DNA of 64,000 bases from an uncultured Gemmatimonadales bacterium (lineage in GTDB: Bacteria > Gemmatimonadota > Gemmatimonadetes > Gemmatimonadales > Gemmatimonadaceae), in assembly GCA_963793305.1 (NCBI GenBank), contig CAWBZV010000005.1:64001-128000 (forward strand), in the 5' to 3' direction. Every line of letters begins with the position of its first letter. Positions within the stretch are counted from its first letter, which is position 1. A program made the translations under genes and the position numbers. The notes beneath the pieces were generated by a model, which saw nothing but the letters and a program-made list of their open reading frames with translations, had not been told where the DNA came from and made no database searches. This document shows positions 1 through 8,488 of this stretch, piece by piece.

Positions 1-58
1 ACACCGTATAGGTGACTGGCAGGAACAGCACGAGGAAGACGAAGCTGTTGAAGAGCAT
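1..58 (-). CDS. MBOAT family O-acyltransferase (AlgI/DltB-like), 5' end only, runs off the window
   Basis: Minus strand from ATG 58 reads MLFNSFVFLVLFLPVTYTV, the typical AlgI/DltB-type MBOAT N-terminus. Only 19 codons are visible. Confidence 0.7.
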   Translation of the reverse strand, partial: MLFNSFVFLVLFLPVTYTV

Positions 59-98
59 GCGCGCGGGCTACAAAGTTAAGGCCTACTCGCTACGAGTT

Positions 99-807
99 GT
101 GATCCCTGCAGCGTACGTTCAGTAAGCTCGTTAGAGCCTGGTATGCGCGCGAAGGCCGCGACCTGCCATGGCGCCGGACACGGGATCCGTATCGCGTGCT
201 GGTGTCGGAGCTCATGCTCCAGCAAACGCAGGTGTCTCGTGTACTAGACTACTACGCGTCGTTCTTGAAACGCTTCCCGACGATGCGATCCGTGGCCCAA
301 GCGCGACCAAGCGCGGTGCTCGCGGCGTGGCGGGGCCTCGGCTACTACGCCAGGGCGCGGAATCTTCACCGCCTGGCGCGGACACTGGGGCGCGCCCCGT
401 TGCCGGATGACCCGGTGCTTCTCGCGCGACTCCCCGGGATCGGCGCCTACACGGCCGGCGCGATCGCGTCCTTCGCCTATGAGCGCCGGGCCGCGCTCGT
501 CGACACGAACGTCGCCCGCGTCCTCCTCCGCGTGTTCGCCCCGCGGCTCGCCCCGCGCACGCCGCGCGGCCGCCGCGCGGCCTGGAAAATCGCCGAGGCA
601 ACGCTGCCGCGCACCGGGCAGGCCACCTACACGCACAACCAGGCGGTGATGGAGCTCGGCGCGACTATCTGTACTGCCCGGGTCCGCCACTGCTCACGCT
701 GTCCGGTGCGCCCAGTGTGCGCAACTGAAACAAGATCGCGACCGGGGTCTCGGACACGACCGGAAACGTCCGCCGCATCTCGTCCTCGAACCCGCGCTGC
801 ACAGTGA
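99..807 (+). CDS. mutY: A/G-specific adenine glycosylase (short form, no C-terminal NUDIX-like domain); probable 1-base insertion at 118-119
   Basis: Motifs WY..EGRDLPWRRTRDPYRVLVSELMLQQT, W.GLGYY.RARNL, HhH LPGIGAYTA, VDTNV and the 4Fe-4S motif C-x6-C-x2-C-x5-C. Homology extends upstream of the ORF-track start (196); deleting one T at 118-119 joins it to GTG 99. Confidence 0.9.
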
Positions 808-2341
808 GCGCCGTCCGCTCGGCGATAAAATATCGCGCACCCCGCGCCATCAGCGACCGGATGACCGGCATCGTGTGATCCTGAATGCAGGGCGTGAATC
901 CCTTGTGGTCCGTCCAATACAGGTACCACGGACTGTTGTACGCCGACTCGCTCGCACTCACGCAATAGTTACCGCTGACCACGAGCGTCACCCCGGGTGG
1001 TATGAGCGGCGCAAACTGACGCGCGGCCGCGTACCAGTCCGTATATCGGTGCGGGTGCACGTCGCGGATATCCTGCCGGGCGGCCAAAATGGGCGCGAAT
1101 GCCGTCAACACCACGAGGGCCGCGGTGGATGCCGCGGCGGCCGAGCGTCGCCAGACCAGCACGGCGACCGTCGCGATCGCCGCGCACGCGATAGCCAGCA
1201 GCGCGGCGCCAGGATGCGCGAGCTGAACGACCGCGACCGCGACGAGCACGATGCCGATGACCACGATCGGGCGTTGGATCGTCGATGGCCCCCGCAGTCG
1301 CTCCGCGGCCACCGCCGCCGCACCACCGAGGAGGAGCGCCACGGGCGGTACCGAGACGACGTGATAATACGTGCCCCACGGATCGGCGCTCGTGCCAGCG
1401 ATCAGCAGATAGTAGAGAAAGACCGCCGCATACCAGAGGAGGCCGTACCCGAAATATTTCGGCCTTGGGCCGAGGGCCAACGCCAGCACGACAGCGAGCA
1501 GTCCCGCTCCGACCCAGGCGAACGCGACTTCCAAGTCCGCGATGCCGGCGATGTAATGCAGATGCGTAAATGTCGCCCAGCCAACGATGTGGTGATGATT
1601 CGACGCGCCGAGGGAGTTGTGGTACGTCAGCCAGAACCCCCGTGCGCGGGTGTACCACACGTCGGGCGGGATCAGCGCGGCGAGGGCGAGTAACCACAGA
1701 CGGCGTCGCCGGAATGCGCGTATGCCCTGACGCCAGAGCGTGAAGAAGACGAAGACAAACCCGAGGTGCGCCGCCGGAGCTTTGGCGAGGATAGCCAGCG
1801 AGGTACAAGCAAGCGCGAGGCCGTATGACAGCCAACGATCGTCGTCCAGCCACCGGATGTAGGCATACACCGCCGCGACGTAGGCGAACATCATGAGCGG
1901 TTCGGCCTGGATGCCGTTCGCGATGCGCACCATGAGCGGATCGAGCGCGAAAAACAATGACGCGACTATCGCGCCCGGTGGAGGCAGGAGATATGACGCG
2001 AGCCCGATGAAGATCACGAGCGTGGCCAGGGCGAGCCCGTAGCTGATCACCCGTCCGATCTGCTCGTGGATCCCGAACACGCGGTACCCGGTGGCGATCA
2101 GGTACGGGTACAACGGGAACTCCATCTCGACGTACCCGGGCCCATCGCCGCGCCAGTCGATCTGCGGATACAGCAAGCGCATGCCATCGCGCGCAAAATT
2201 CCGTGCGATGCCGCCCTCGTCGCACTCGCGATACAGCTCGCGCGACGTCCCGTCGATCGGCCGCCAGAGATCGATCGCGTCGACGCCGGCGCCGACGAGC
2301 ATGAGGGCGACGACGACGCCCAGTCGGAGCCCGCGGATCAC
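665..2341 (-). CDS. GT-C fold glycosyltransferase, ArnT/PMT (GT39/GT83)-like membrane protein
   Basis: Many TM helices; N-terminal DEG..ARNF and 'MEFPLYPY', 'AE', 'LAILAK' motifs. GTG 2341 overlaps the upstream TGA. Confidence 0.8.
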   Translation of the reverse strand: MIRGLRLGVVVALMLVGAGVDAIDLWRPIDGTSRELYRECDEGGIARNFARDGMRLLYPQIDWRGDGPGYVEMEFPLYPYLIATGYRVFGIHEQIGRVISYGLALATLVIFIGLASYLLPPPGAIVASLFFALDPLMVRIANGIQAEPLMMFAYVAAVYAYIRWLDDDRWLSYGLALACTSLAILAKAPAAHLGFVFVFFTLWRQGIRAFRRRRLWLLALAALIPPDVWYTRARGFWLTYHNSLGASNHHHIVGWATFTHLHYIAGIADLEVAFAWVGAGLLAVVLALALGPRPKYFGYGLLWYAAVFLYYLLIAGTSADPWGTYYHVVSVPPVALLLGGAAAVAAERLRGPSTIQRPIVVIGIVLVAVAVVQLAHPGAALLAIACAAIATVAVLVWRRSAAAASTAALVVLTAFAPILAARQDIRDVHPHRYTDWYAAARQFAPLIPPGVTLVVSGNYCVSASESAYNSPWYLYWTDHKGFTPCIQDHTMPVIRSLMARGARYFIAERTALTVQRGFEDEMRRTFPVVSETPVAILFQLRTLGAPDSVSSGGPGQYR

Positions 2342-3865
2342 GGGTTCGCGAGCTTGAACACGGACCACGGCCCGAATGTCGCTGCCCGCTGATACTTGCG
2401 GTCGATCAAGTCGCGGAGCGCCGGGAGGTCAGGTGCCAGGCAATACGTCGTGTCGATCGTCATCGACCCGTTCGCATAGTGCGCGGCGATGTACGTCGGC
2501 GGATGCGCCGTCAGCGTATCGAGCATCTCGCGCAAGAACGCGACCTGGATCGGCTTGTTCCAATTCGGGCAGTCGGTGAACAGGAGCAAGTGGTGGAAGT
2601 TCGTAGGGTCCGGGCAGAAGAACATGTTCGTGTCGATGAAACGAGTGGCCGAGCGGCCGCCGCTCGCGAACAGCACGATCGTCTCGGGCCCCCACATCTG
2701 AATGCGCTCGCCCGGCCGTGTGTGCGTGCCCAGATACTCGGCCATCGCTTCCTGATCCGGGCTATCCGCGACCATCGGCATCGGCGTCCAGTGCGCATAG
2801 CGCGCGAGCCCGGTACCGCCAAGCTCCAGCCCGAGAACGAGAACGGCGGCCACGCCGAATGCGATGCGATTGCGGGCAACCCATCCCCAGCCGAGTCCGG
2901 CGACGAGGCTCAGCACGGCGAGCGGCGGCCAGTACTGATAGCGCCAGGCCTTGCCCTCCCACAGCCGGATCAGCACGCAGCCCACGAAAACGAGGGCCAG
3001 TGTCACCAACTCCCGCCGGTGGTTACCGAATTGACCCCGCACGGCCGCGACGATAGTCAGTACGACACCGAGCCACACGACGTGGGGCACGTACTCCCAA
3101 AAGCGCATCAGCACCACGCTTCGCGTCTGGCGCTCGAGTCCTACGTAGACTGTGCTCGCAAACGTGAGCAGATCCGCAATCGCTTGGCCATGACCAGTGA
3201 TTGCGTATATCCCGAAAAACGCAAACATCGGCAGGGCGGCGACGACGGCAAAGAGCGCAGCGTCCATCACCGAACGCTGACGTTCGAGGGCGGAATGCCA
3301 AGGCAAAAGCGCCGAGCGCGACGAGTAACACGTACGTAGGGCGGAACAGAACCCCTACGCCGGCCGCGAGAGCGGCCCAGACGAGCGGCGCGCGACGGGC
3401 TGGGTTGTCGAGATAGATCCAGATGCCCCAGAGGCACGCGAGCAGGCAGGGGACGAGATACCCATCACGCTGGGCCGTGTGATAATACGTCCCTGCTGTG
3501 TAGGCGATCGCGTAGAGGGCCGCCGCGAATAATCCGGCCCGGGGCCCGTAGATGCGCCGCGCCAGTACGAAGAGCAGCAGCGTCGTGCCGATCTGGATGA
3601 GCAGGTCAGCGATGCGGAGCGCCAAGACCGACTCGCCGCCGATGGCAATAACTGCCATATGCAGCACATACACGGCCGGAAACGACGTATCGAACGTATC
3701 GACGTACGGCCACAAGCCGTGGAGCATGCCACGGCCGATGTACTGCATGAATCCGTGGTCGAATCCGAGCCCATACGTGAGGGTCGGAAGGAGCAGGATG
3801 GTCGAGACAAAAGCCACGACCACGAGCTCGCGGGGGCGCGATCGGTCCATTCGGGGAACGATCAT
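2338..3865 (-). CDS. Second ArnT/PMT-like GT-C glycosyltransferase, split by a +1 frameshift near 3283
   Basis: ORFs 3023-3865 (N-half: DHGFMQYIG..G.WPYVD.FD..FP, QRD) and 2338-3306 (C-half) join into about 508 aa if one base is removed. Confidence 0.75.
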
Positions 3866-3897
3866 ACCCCCACTGTACCCGCGTTACGTCGACAACG

Positions 3898-5172
3898 TCA
3901 GGACGGCGTAACTATGCGCTTGACGAGGGAGCTGGCATACGGCCGCTCGCCCTGGCCGGTATAGATCTGTTTCGGCCGGGCGATCTTCTGCTCCTTGTCG
4001 AGCAGCCCCTCCTCCCACTGGGCAAGCCACCCGGTGGTCCGGGCGATCGCGAACAGCACGGTAAAGAAGGAGGTCGGAAACTTCATCGCCCGATAGATCA
4101 ACCCGGTATAGAAGTCGACGTTCGGGTAGAGCTTGCGGGAGACGAAGTAATCGTCCTGGAGCGCGATGCGCTCGAGCTCTTGGGCGATCGCCATGTCCTT
4201 ATCGACGCCAACGGATGCCAGAACGTCGTCGGCCAGCCGCTTCACGATCTTCGCCCGTGGATCGTAGCTCTTGTATACGCGATGGCCGAAGCCCATGAGG
4301 CGGCCAGAGCCTTTCTTCACCGATTCGATGAACCCGGGGACGTTCTTGACGTTGCCGATCTCCTCGATCATGCGCAGAACGGCCTCGTTCGCCCCACCGT
4401 GGAGCGGTCCATAGAGCGCGGCAATACCCCCGGCGATGGCCGAGAAGGGATCGACGTGCGTCGAGCCGATGGCACGGACCGCATTGGTCGAAGCGTTCTG
4501 CTCGTGATCCGCGTGCAGGATGAACAGAATCTCGATCGCCCGGGTGAACACGGGGTTGGCGCGATACTTCGATTCGCTCATCCGCGCGACCATCGACAGG
4601 AAGTTCTCGCTGTACGAGAGGTCGTTGTCCGGGTACACGTAGGGCAGACCCTTCATGTGCCGGTAGATGAACGCCGCGATCGTCGGCATCTTCGCGATCA
4701 AGCGAATGATCGAGATGTCGCGCTGCTCGGGATCGAAGATGGCCTTGGCTTCGGGATAGAATGACGACAGGGCCGCGACCGCGCTGCACATCATCGACAT
4801 CGGGTGCGCGTCGTAGCGGAACCCGGTCAAGAACGTGCGCAGGTTCTCGTGCACGTACGTGTGGTACGTGACATTGTGCACGAACTTGTCGTACTCGGGC
4901 TGCTTCGGCAGCTCGCCGTGTCGGAGCAGCCACGCCACTTCGAGAAAGCTAGCTTTCTCGGCGAGCTGCTCGATCGGGTAGCCCCGATATCTCAGGATAC
5001 CCTTTTCGCCGTCGATGAACGTGATGGCGCTACGACACGACGCCGTATTGAGAAACGCCGGGTCGTAGCTGACCAGGCCCTTGAGATCAGTGGCGCGGAT
5101 CGCGCCATCGGTGATCGGTAGCTCGTACGACGTGCCCGTGCGCCCGTCGGTGACGTTCAGAGTGTCGGTCAT
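3898..5172 (-). CDS. gltA: Citrate synthase
   Basis: Motifs ITFIDGEKGILRYRGY, LHADHEQNAST, GPLHGGANE, MGFGHRVYK, YPNVDFY. Start placed at ATG 5172 (MTDTLNVTD). Confidence 0.97.
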   Translation of the reverse strand: MTDTLNVTDGRTGTSYELPITDGAIRATDLKGLVSYDPAFLNTASCRSAITFIDGEKGILRYRGYPIEQLAEKASFLEVAWLLRHGELPKQPEYDKFVHNVTYHTYVHENLRTFLTGFRYDAHPMSMMCSAVAALSSFYPEAKAIFDPEQRDISIIRLIAKMPTIAAFIYRHMKGLPYVYPDNDLSYSENFLSMVARMSESKYRANPVFTRAIEILFILHADHEQNASTNAVRAIGSTHVDPFSAIAGGIAALYGPLHGGANEAVLRMIEEIGNVKNVPGFIESVKKGSGRLMGFGHRVYKSYDPRAKIVKRLADDVLASVGVDKDMAIAQELERIALQDDYFVSRKLYPNVDFYTGLIYRAMKFPTSFFTVLFAIARTTGWLAQWEEGLLDKEQKIARPKQIYTGQGERPYASSLVKRIVTPS

Positions 5173-5636
5173 CAGGCAAAAGCTAATCGATAGATCAATT
5201 TCCACTCAGCCTCGGACACGGGCTGAACGGAGAGCCGGCTGCCCTTTTGCAGCAGCACCATGTGCGCGAGTCCCTTGTGCTGTCTCAACTCAGCAAGGGT
5301 GATAGGTCGTTTCGCCGGTTCTTTGGCACGAATGTCTATGGCATACCAGAGCGGCGCATCGCGCTTGCTCTTGGGATCGTGGTGGTCATCAGATGAATCG
5401 AAGGCCGTTTCGTCGGGATAGCCGGCCTTGACCACTTCGGCGATCCCGACGATGGCGGTCGGATCCGCGCTGGAGTGATAAAAGAACACCAGGTCGCCGA
5501 CCCGCATGTCGTCGCGCAGATAATTGCGCGCCTGGAAGTTGCGCACGCCGTCCCAGCGGGTCGTGCGCTTGGGACTCTTCCAGAGATCGTCCCACGAAAA
5601 CGAAGTGGGCTCGGATTTGAGGAGCCAGTATTTCAC
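5172..5636 (-). CDS. EVE domain-containing protein (PUA-like)
   Basis: KYWLLKSEP, WDGVRNFQARN, GDLVFFYHS, SRLSVQPV. GTG 5636 overlaps the kinase stop. Confidence 0.93.
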   Translation of the reverse strand: MKYWLLKSEPTSFSWDDLWKSPKRTTRWDGVRNFQARNYLRDDMRVGDLVFFYHSSADPTAIVGIAEVVKAGYPDETAFDSSDDHHDPKSKRDAPLWYAIDIRAKEPAKRPITLAELRQHKGLAHMVLLQKGSRLSVQPVSEAEWKLIYRLAFA

Positions 5637-6733
5637 ATCTTGGAGGCGAGAGGAAGATCGAGCTCGAAGAAAAATCGAGTCCCGGACTCCGACGTGTCGA
5701 CCCCCAATTCCCCCTGCATCAATGCGACGAGCTTCCGGCAAATCGCGAGCCCGAGACCAGCGCTCGAGAACGTGAAGTCGCCGGGCCGCTGCCGGCGCCG
5801 GAACGCATCGAACAGCGTCGCCATGACCGCCGGAGGGATCCCGCGCCCGGTGTCCTGCACGGCGAACTCCAGTCGTGTCCGAGACTTGGGACGCGCCGTC
5901 ACCTCGACGGAGCCCTCGGCCGTAAACTTGAGCGCGTTCGTCGTCAGGTTGAGCAGCACACGATTCAGCGCCGCGGGGTAGCCAACCCGCGAGTCGGCGT
6001 CCGGCGGCTCTAGCCGAACCGTGAGGCCTTTCTCTTCAGCTATCGGCTGAACGATCGCGCCAACTGATCGCAAAATATCAGCGACGGAGAAGGGAATGGG
6101 CTTTTGATCGATCAACCAATCGCCTCGGGCGAGCTCGATCACATCCCCGGCCAACGCGCTGAGGCCGAATGCGGCGCTGTAAATAAGTCCCAGCTGCCGC
6201 TCCTGAATCTGCGTCAGCGGACCACTCTGGCTCGAGCGCAAGCGTTCGGCCAAGAACAAGATCGACGCGAGCGGCGAACGCATGTCGTGCGCGACCTCGA
6301 CGACGAGCGGCAGCGCATCCGATCCGGAGAGGCGATTCGCGAATCGCTGAGCGGTATCGGCCTCGATCGCCTCGTGCACGCGCTCGAGGGCCAGGCACGC
6401 CGACACGGCGTCCTCGGCCGCGTAACTGCCACTGGCCGCGCTCTCCAGGATCTGTCGCCGTAACGCATCGAGCAGCCGCCGGGCTGGAATGCTGACCGGC
6501 AGCGCCGCGAGCTCCGCCTTCCCGCCGACGGAGACGCGCTGGGCCGCTTCCGCCAGCGCCGCCATCGGCGGGCCGATGTCGTCGGCGGTCGCTCCGGAGA
6601 CGTCGTCCGGGTCCCAGGCCGCCACCGCGCGGACGGCGGCCTGCGCGAGTAGCAGGACAACACCGCTGCCAGGCGGCGGAGCTTCGCGCGGCGTGGGCGT
6701 GATGCGCCGCGGAGCTGCTTCCACTGGGGTCAC
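5633..6733 (-). CDS. Soluble sensor histidine kinase (HisKA + HATPase_c)
   Basis: H-box VAHDMRSPL, N-box NLTTNALKFT, G1 DTGRGI, G2 AGLGLAIC. No evident TM helix. Confidence 0.92.
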   Translation of the reverse strand: MTPVEAAPRRITPTPREAPPPGSGVVLLLAQAAVRAVAAWDPDDVSGATADDIGPPMAALAEAAQRVSVGGKAELAALPVSIPARRLLDALRRQILESAASGSYAAEDAVSACLALERVHEAIEADTAQRFANRLSGSDALPLVVEVAHDMRSPLASILFLAERLRSSQSGPLTQIQERQLGLIYSAAFGLSALAGDVIELARGDWLIDQKPIPFSVADILRSVGAIVQPIAEEKGLTVRLEPPDADSRVGYPAALNRVLLNLTTNALKFTAEGSVEVTARPKSRTRLEFAVQDTGRGIPPAVMATLFDAFRRRQRPGDFTFSSAGLGLAICRKLVALMQGELGVDTSESGTRFFFELDLPLASKM

Positions 6734-8283
6734 TCGAGCGTCCCGGCCAGCTCGTCGCGGCGGAATCCGTGTTTCTCCATCAGACGATACAACGTCGTCC
6801 GGTCGATGTTCGCCAGGCGCGCGGCGCGCGACATGTTGCCACCCGCGCGCACGACGAGGCGTTGCAAGTATTCCTTCTCGAAGTGGGCGACGAGCTTTTC
6901 CTTCGCCAGGTGATAGGCGTCGGTCATGATCGCCGGCGGCATCCCGCCATCGGCGGCCGCGCTGGTCGGGTGGCCGGTGTCATCGAGCGCCGGAATGTCC
7001 TCGGCCCGAATCGGCTTGCCCGGCTCGATGATCACCGCGACGTGCTCGATGACATTCTGGAGCTCTCTGACATTCCCGCGCCACGGTCTGGACCGCAGCA
7101 GCTCGATTGCCGCTTCACTCAGTTTCGGCAACGGCTCACCTTGCGGGCGATGACGCTCCCAATAGTGCGTCAAAAAATGATTCGCCAGCAGTGGGATATC
7201 CTCTAATCTCTTGCGGAGCGGCGGGAGCTTGATCGGCACCACGCGGAGCCGATAAAACAGATCCTCTCTGAGAATTCCCGCGTTCACCGCCTCTTGCGGC
7301 TCGCGATTCGTCGCCGAGATAAAGCGAACATCGACAACGGCGTCCTGTTGCTCGCTGCCAACGCGCCGCACCACGCCATCCTGCAGCACGCGCAACAACT
7401 TGGCCTGCAACGGGTGCGACATCTCCGTGAGCTCGTCCAAAAACAGCGTCCCACCGTTCGCCGTTTCCAGCAATCCAGGCTTATCGCGGTCAGCACCAGT
7501 AAACGATCCCTTGCGATGCCCGAACATCTCTGACTCGAGCAGTGGCTCGGGGAGCGCCGCGCAGTTGATGGGGACGAGCTTGCGACTCGCGCGACGGCTG
7601 TGTCGATGAATGAACTGCGCGATGAGCTCTTTGCCGGTCCCCGATTCTCCGCTGATCATGACCGAGGCATCCGTCGAAGCGACGCGGCGGGCGAGATCGA
7701 CCGCCTGACGGAAGGCCGGAGAGATACCGAGGAGCGTAATCCGGTCTGAGTTCGAGCTCTGCTCGACGAGCTTCGCCTTGAGGTCGCGTGTCTCGCGAGC
7801 AACAGCGACTGCGTGCGACGCGCGGCCGATCAGAATCTGGAGATGAGAAGCCGAGAATGGCTTTGGGAGGTAATCCCAAGCGCCAGCGCGCAGGGCTTCG
7901 ATGCTCGACGTGACACTGGGATTGCCCGTCATCACGATAACGATCGTGTCCTTATGGGACTCGAGCGCCGCCGCCAAGATGTCCATGCCGGACAACGGCG
8001 TCAGGTAGAGATCGACGAGAATGATGTCGAACCGACGCCGCTTGACGAGATCAATCGCCTCGTCACCACGTCCAGTAGCTGTGACATTGTAGCCGTCGAG
8101 CTGCAAAACGCTGAGGCAACCTTCCCGCAGCGTGCGATCGTCATCAACAAGCAGGAGCCGCAGACTGGCCTTCACCTCAGGCGCGATCGCCAACGGCTCC
8201 CTGCCCATGGCGGGCGTTTCGACCGAAGGGGGCGCCGATACATCACTTATTGGCAGATCAGAGGAGAAGGCCGAGGACGACAT
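6730..8283 (-). CDS. Sigma54-dependent response regulator (NtrC family: REC-AAA+-Fis HTH)
   Basis: LLLVDDD receiver, Walker A GESGTGKE, ESEMFGHRKGSFTGA loop, LFLDE, WRGNVREL, C-terminal AARLANIDRTTLYR. Confidence 0.95.
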   Translation of the reverse strand: MSSSAFSSDLPISDVSAPPSVETPAMGREPLAIAPEVKASLRLLLVDDDRTLREGCLSVLQLDGYNVTATGRGDEAIDLVKRRRFDIILVDLYLTPLSGMDILAAALESHKDTIVIVMTGNPSVTSSIEALRAGAWDYLPKPFSASHLQILIGRASHAVAVARETRDLKAKLVEQSSNSDRITLLGISPAFRQAVDLARRVASTDASVMISGESGTGKELIAQFIHRHSRRASRKLVPINCAALPEPLLESEMFGHRKGSFTGADRDKPGLLETANGGTLFLDELTEMSHPLQAKLLRVLQDGVVRRVGSEQQDAVVDVRFISATNREPQEAVNAGILREDLFYRLRVVPIKLPPLRKRLEDIPLLANHFLTHYWERHRPQGEPLPKLSEAAIELLRSRPWRGNVRELQNVIEHVAVIIEPGKPIRAEDIPALDDTGHPTSAAADGGMPPAIMTDAYHLAKEKLVAHFEKEYLQRLVVRAGGNMSRAARLANIDRTTLYRLMEKHGFRRDELAGTLE

Positions 8284-8327
8284 GAGGCTCCAGGATGAGT
8301 GACTTCTAACTTTTCGGCGCTATTAAT

Positions 8328-8400
8328 TACAACAAAGTGTTGCATTTGTCAATCATATTCCGTTGCAATTGACCAACAATTCTGTTGTATGGTCACGGCA
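8328..8400. promoter_or_regulatory. Cluster of imperfect CAACA/TGTTG palindromic sites, candidate enhancer (UAS) for the adjacent bEBP
   Basis: AT-rich spacer containing TACAACA-AAG-TGTTGCA (8328-8344), GTTG-N8-CAAC (8362-8377) and CAACA-ATTC-TGTTG (8374-8387), 50-110 bp upstream of a -24/-12-like element. Confidence 0.45.
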
Positions 8401-8438
8401 TACAAGTGTTGAGGTCCGTTAGCTATAAACAACTTGGC

Positions 8439-8453
8439 TGGGCCCCTTTTTGC
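8439..8453 (+). promoter_or_regulatory. Putative sigma54 (-24/-12) promoter for the wzc-like gene
   Basis: TGGGCCCCTTTTTGC has GG-N10-GC spacing and TTGC, but deviates from consensus TGGCAC. It lies 35 bp upstream of the start, next to a divergent bEBP gene. Confidence 0.5.
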
Positions 8454-8488
8454 GCAGTCATGCCCAGTCTCTATCCAATTAAATTCAC

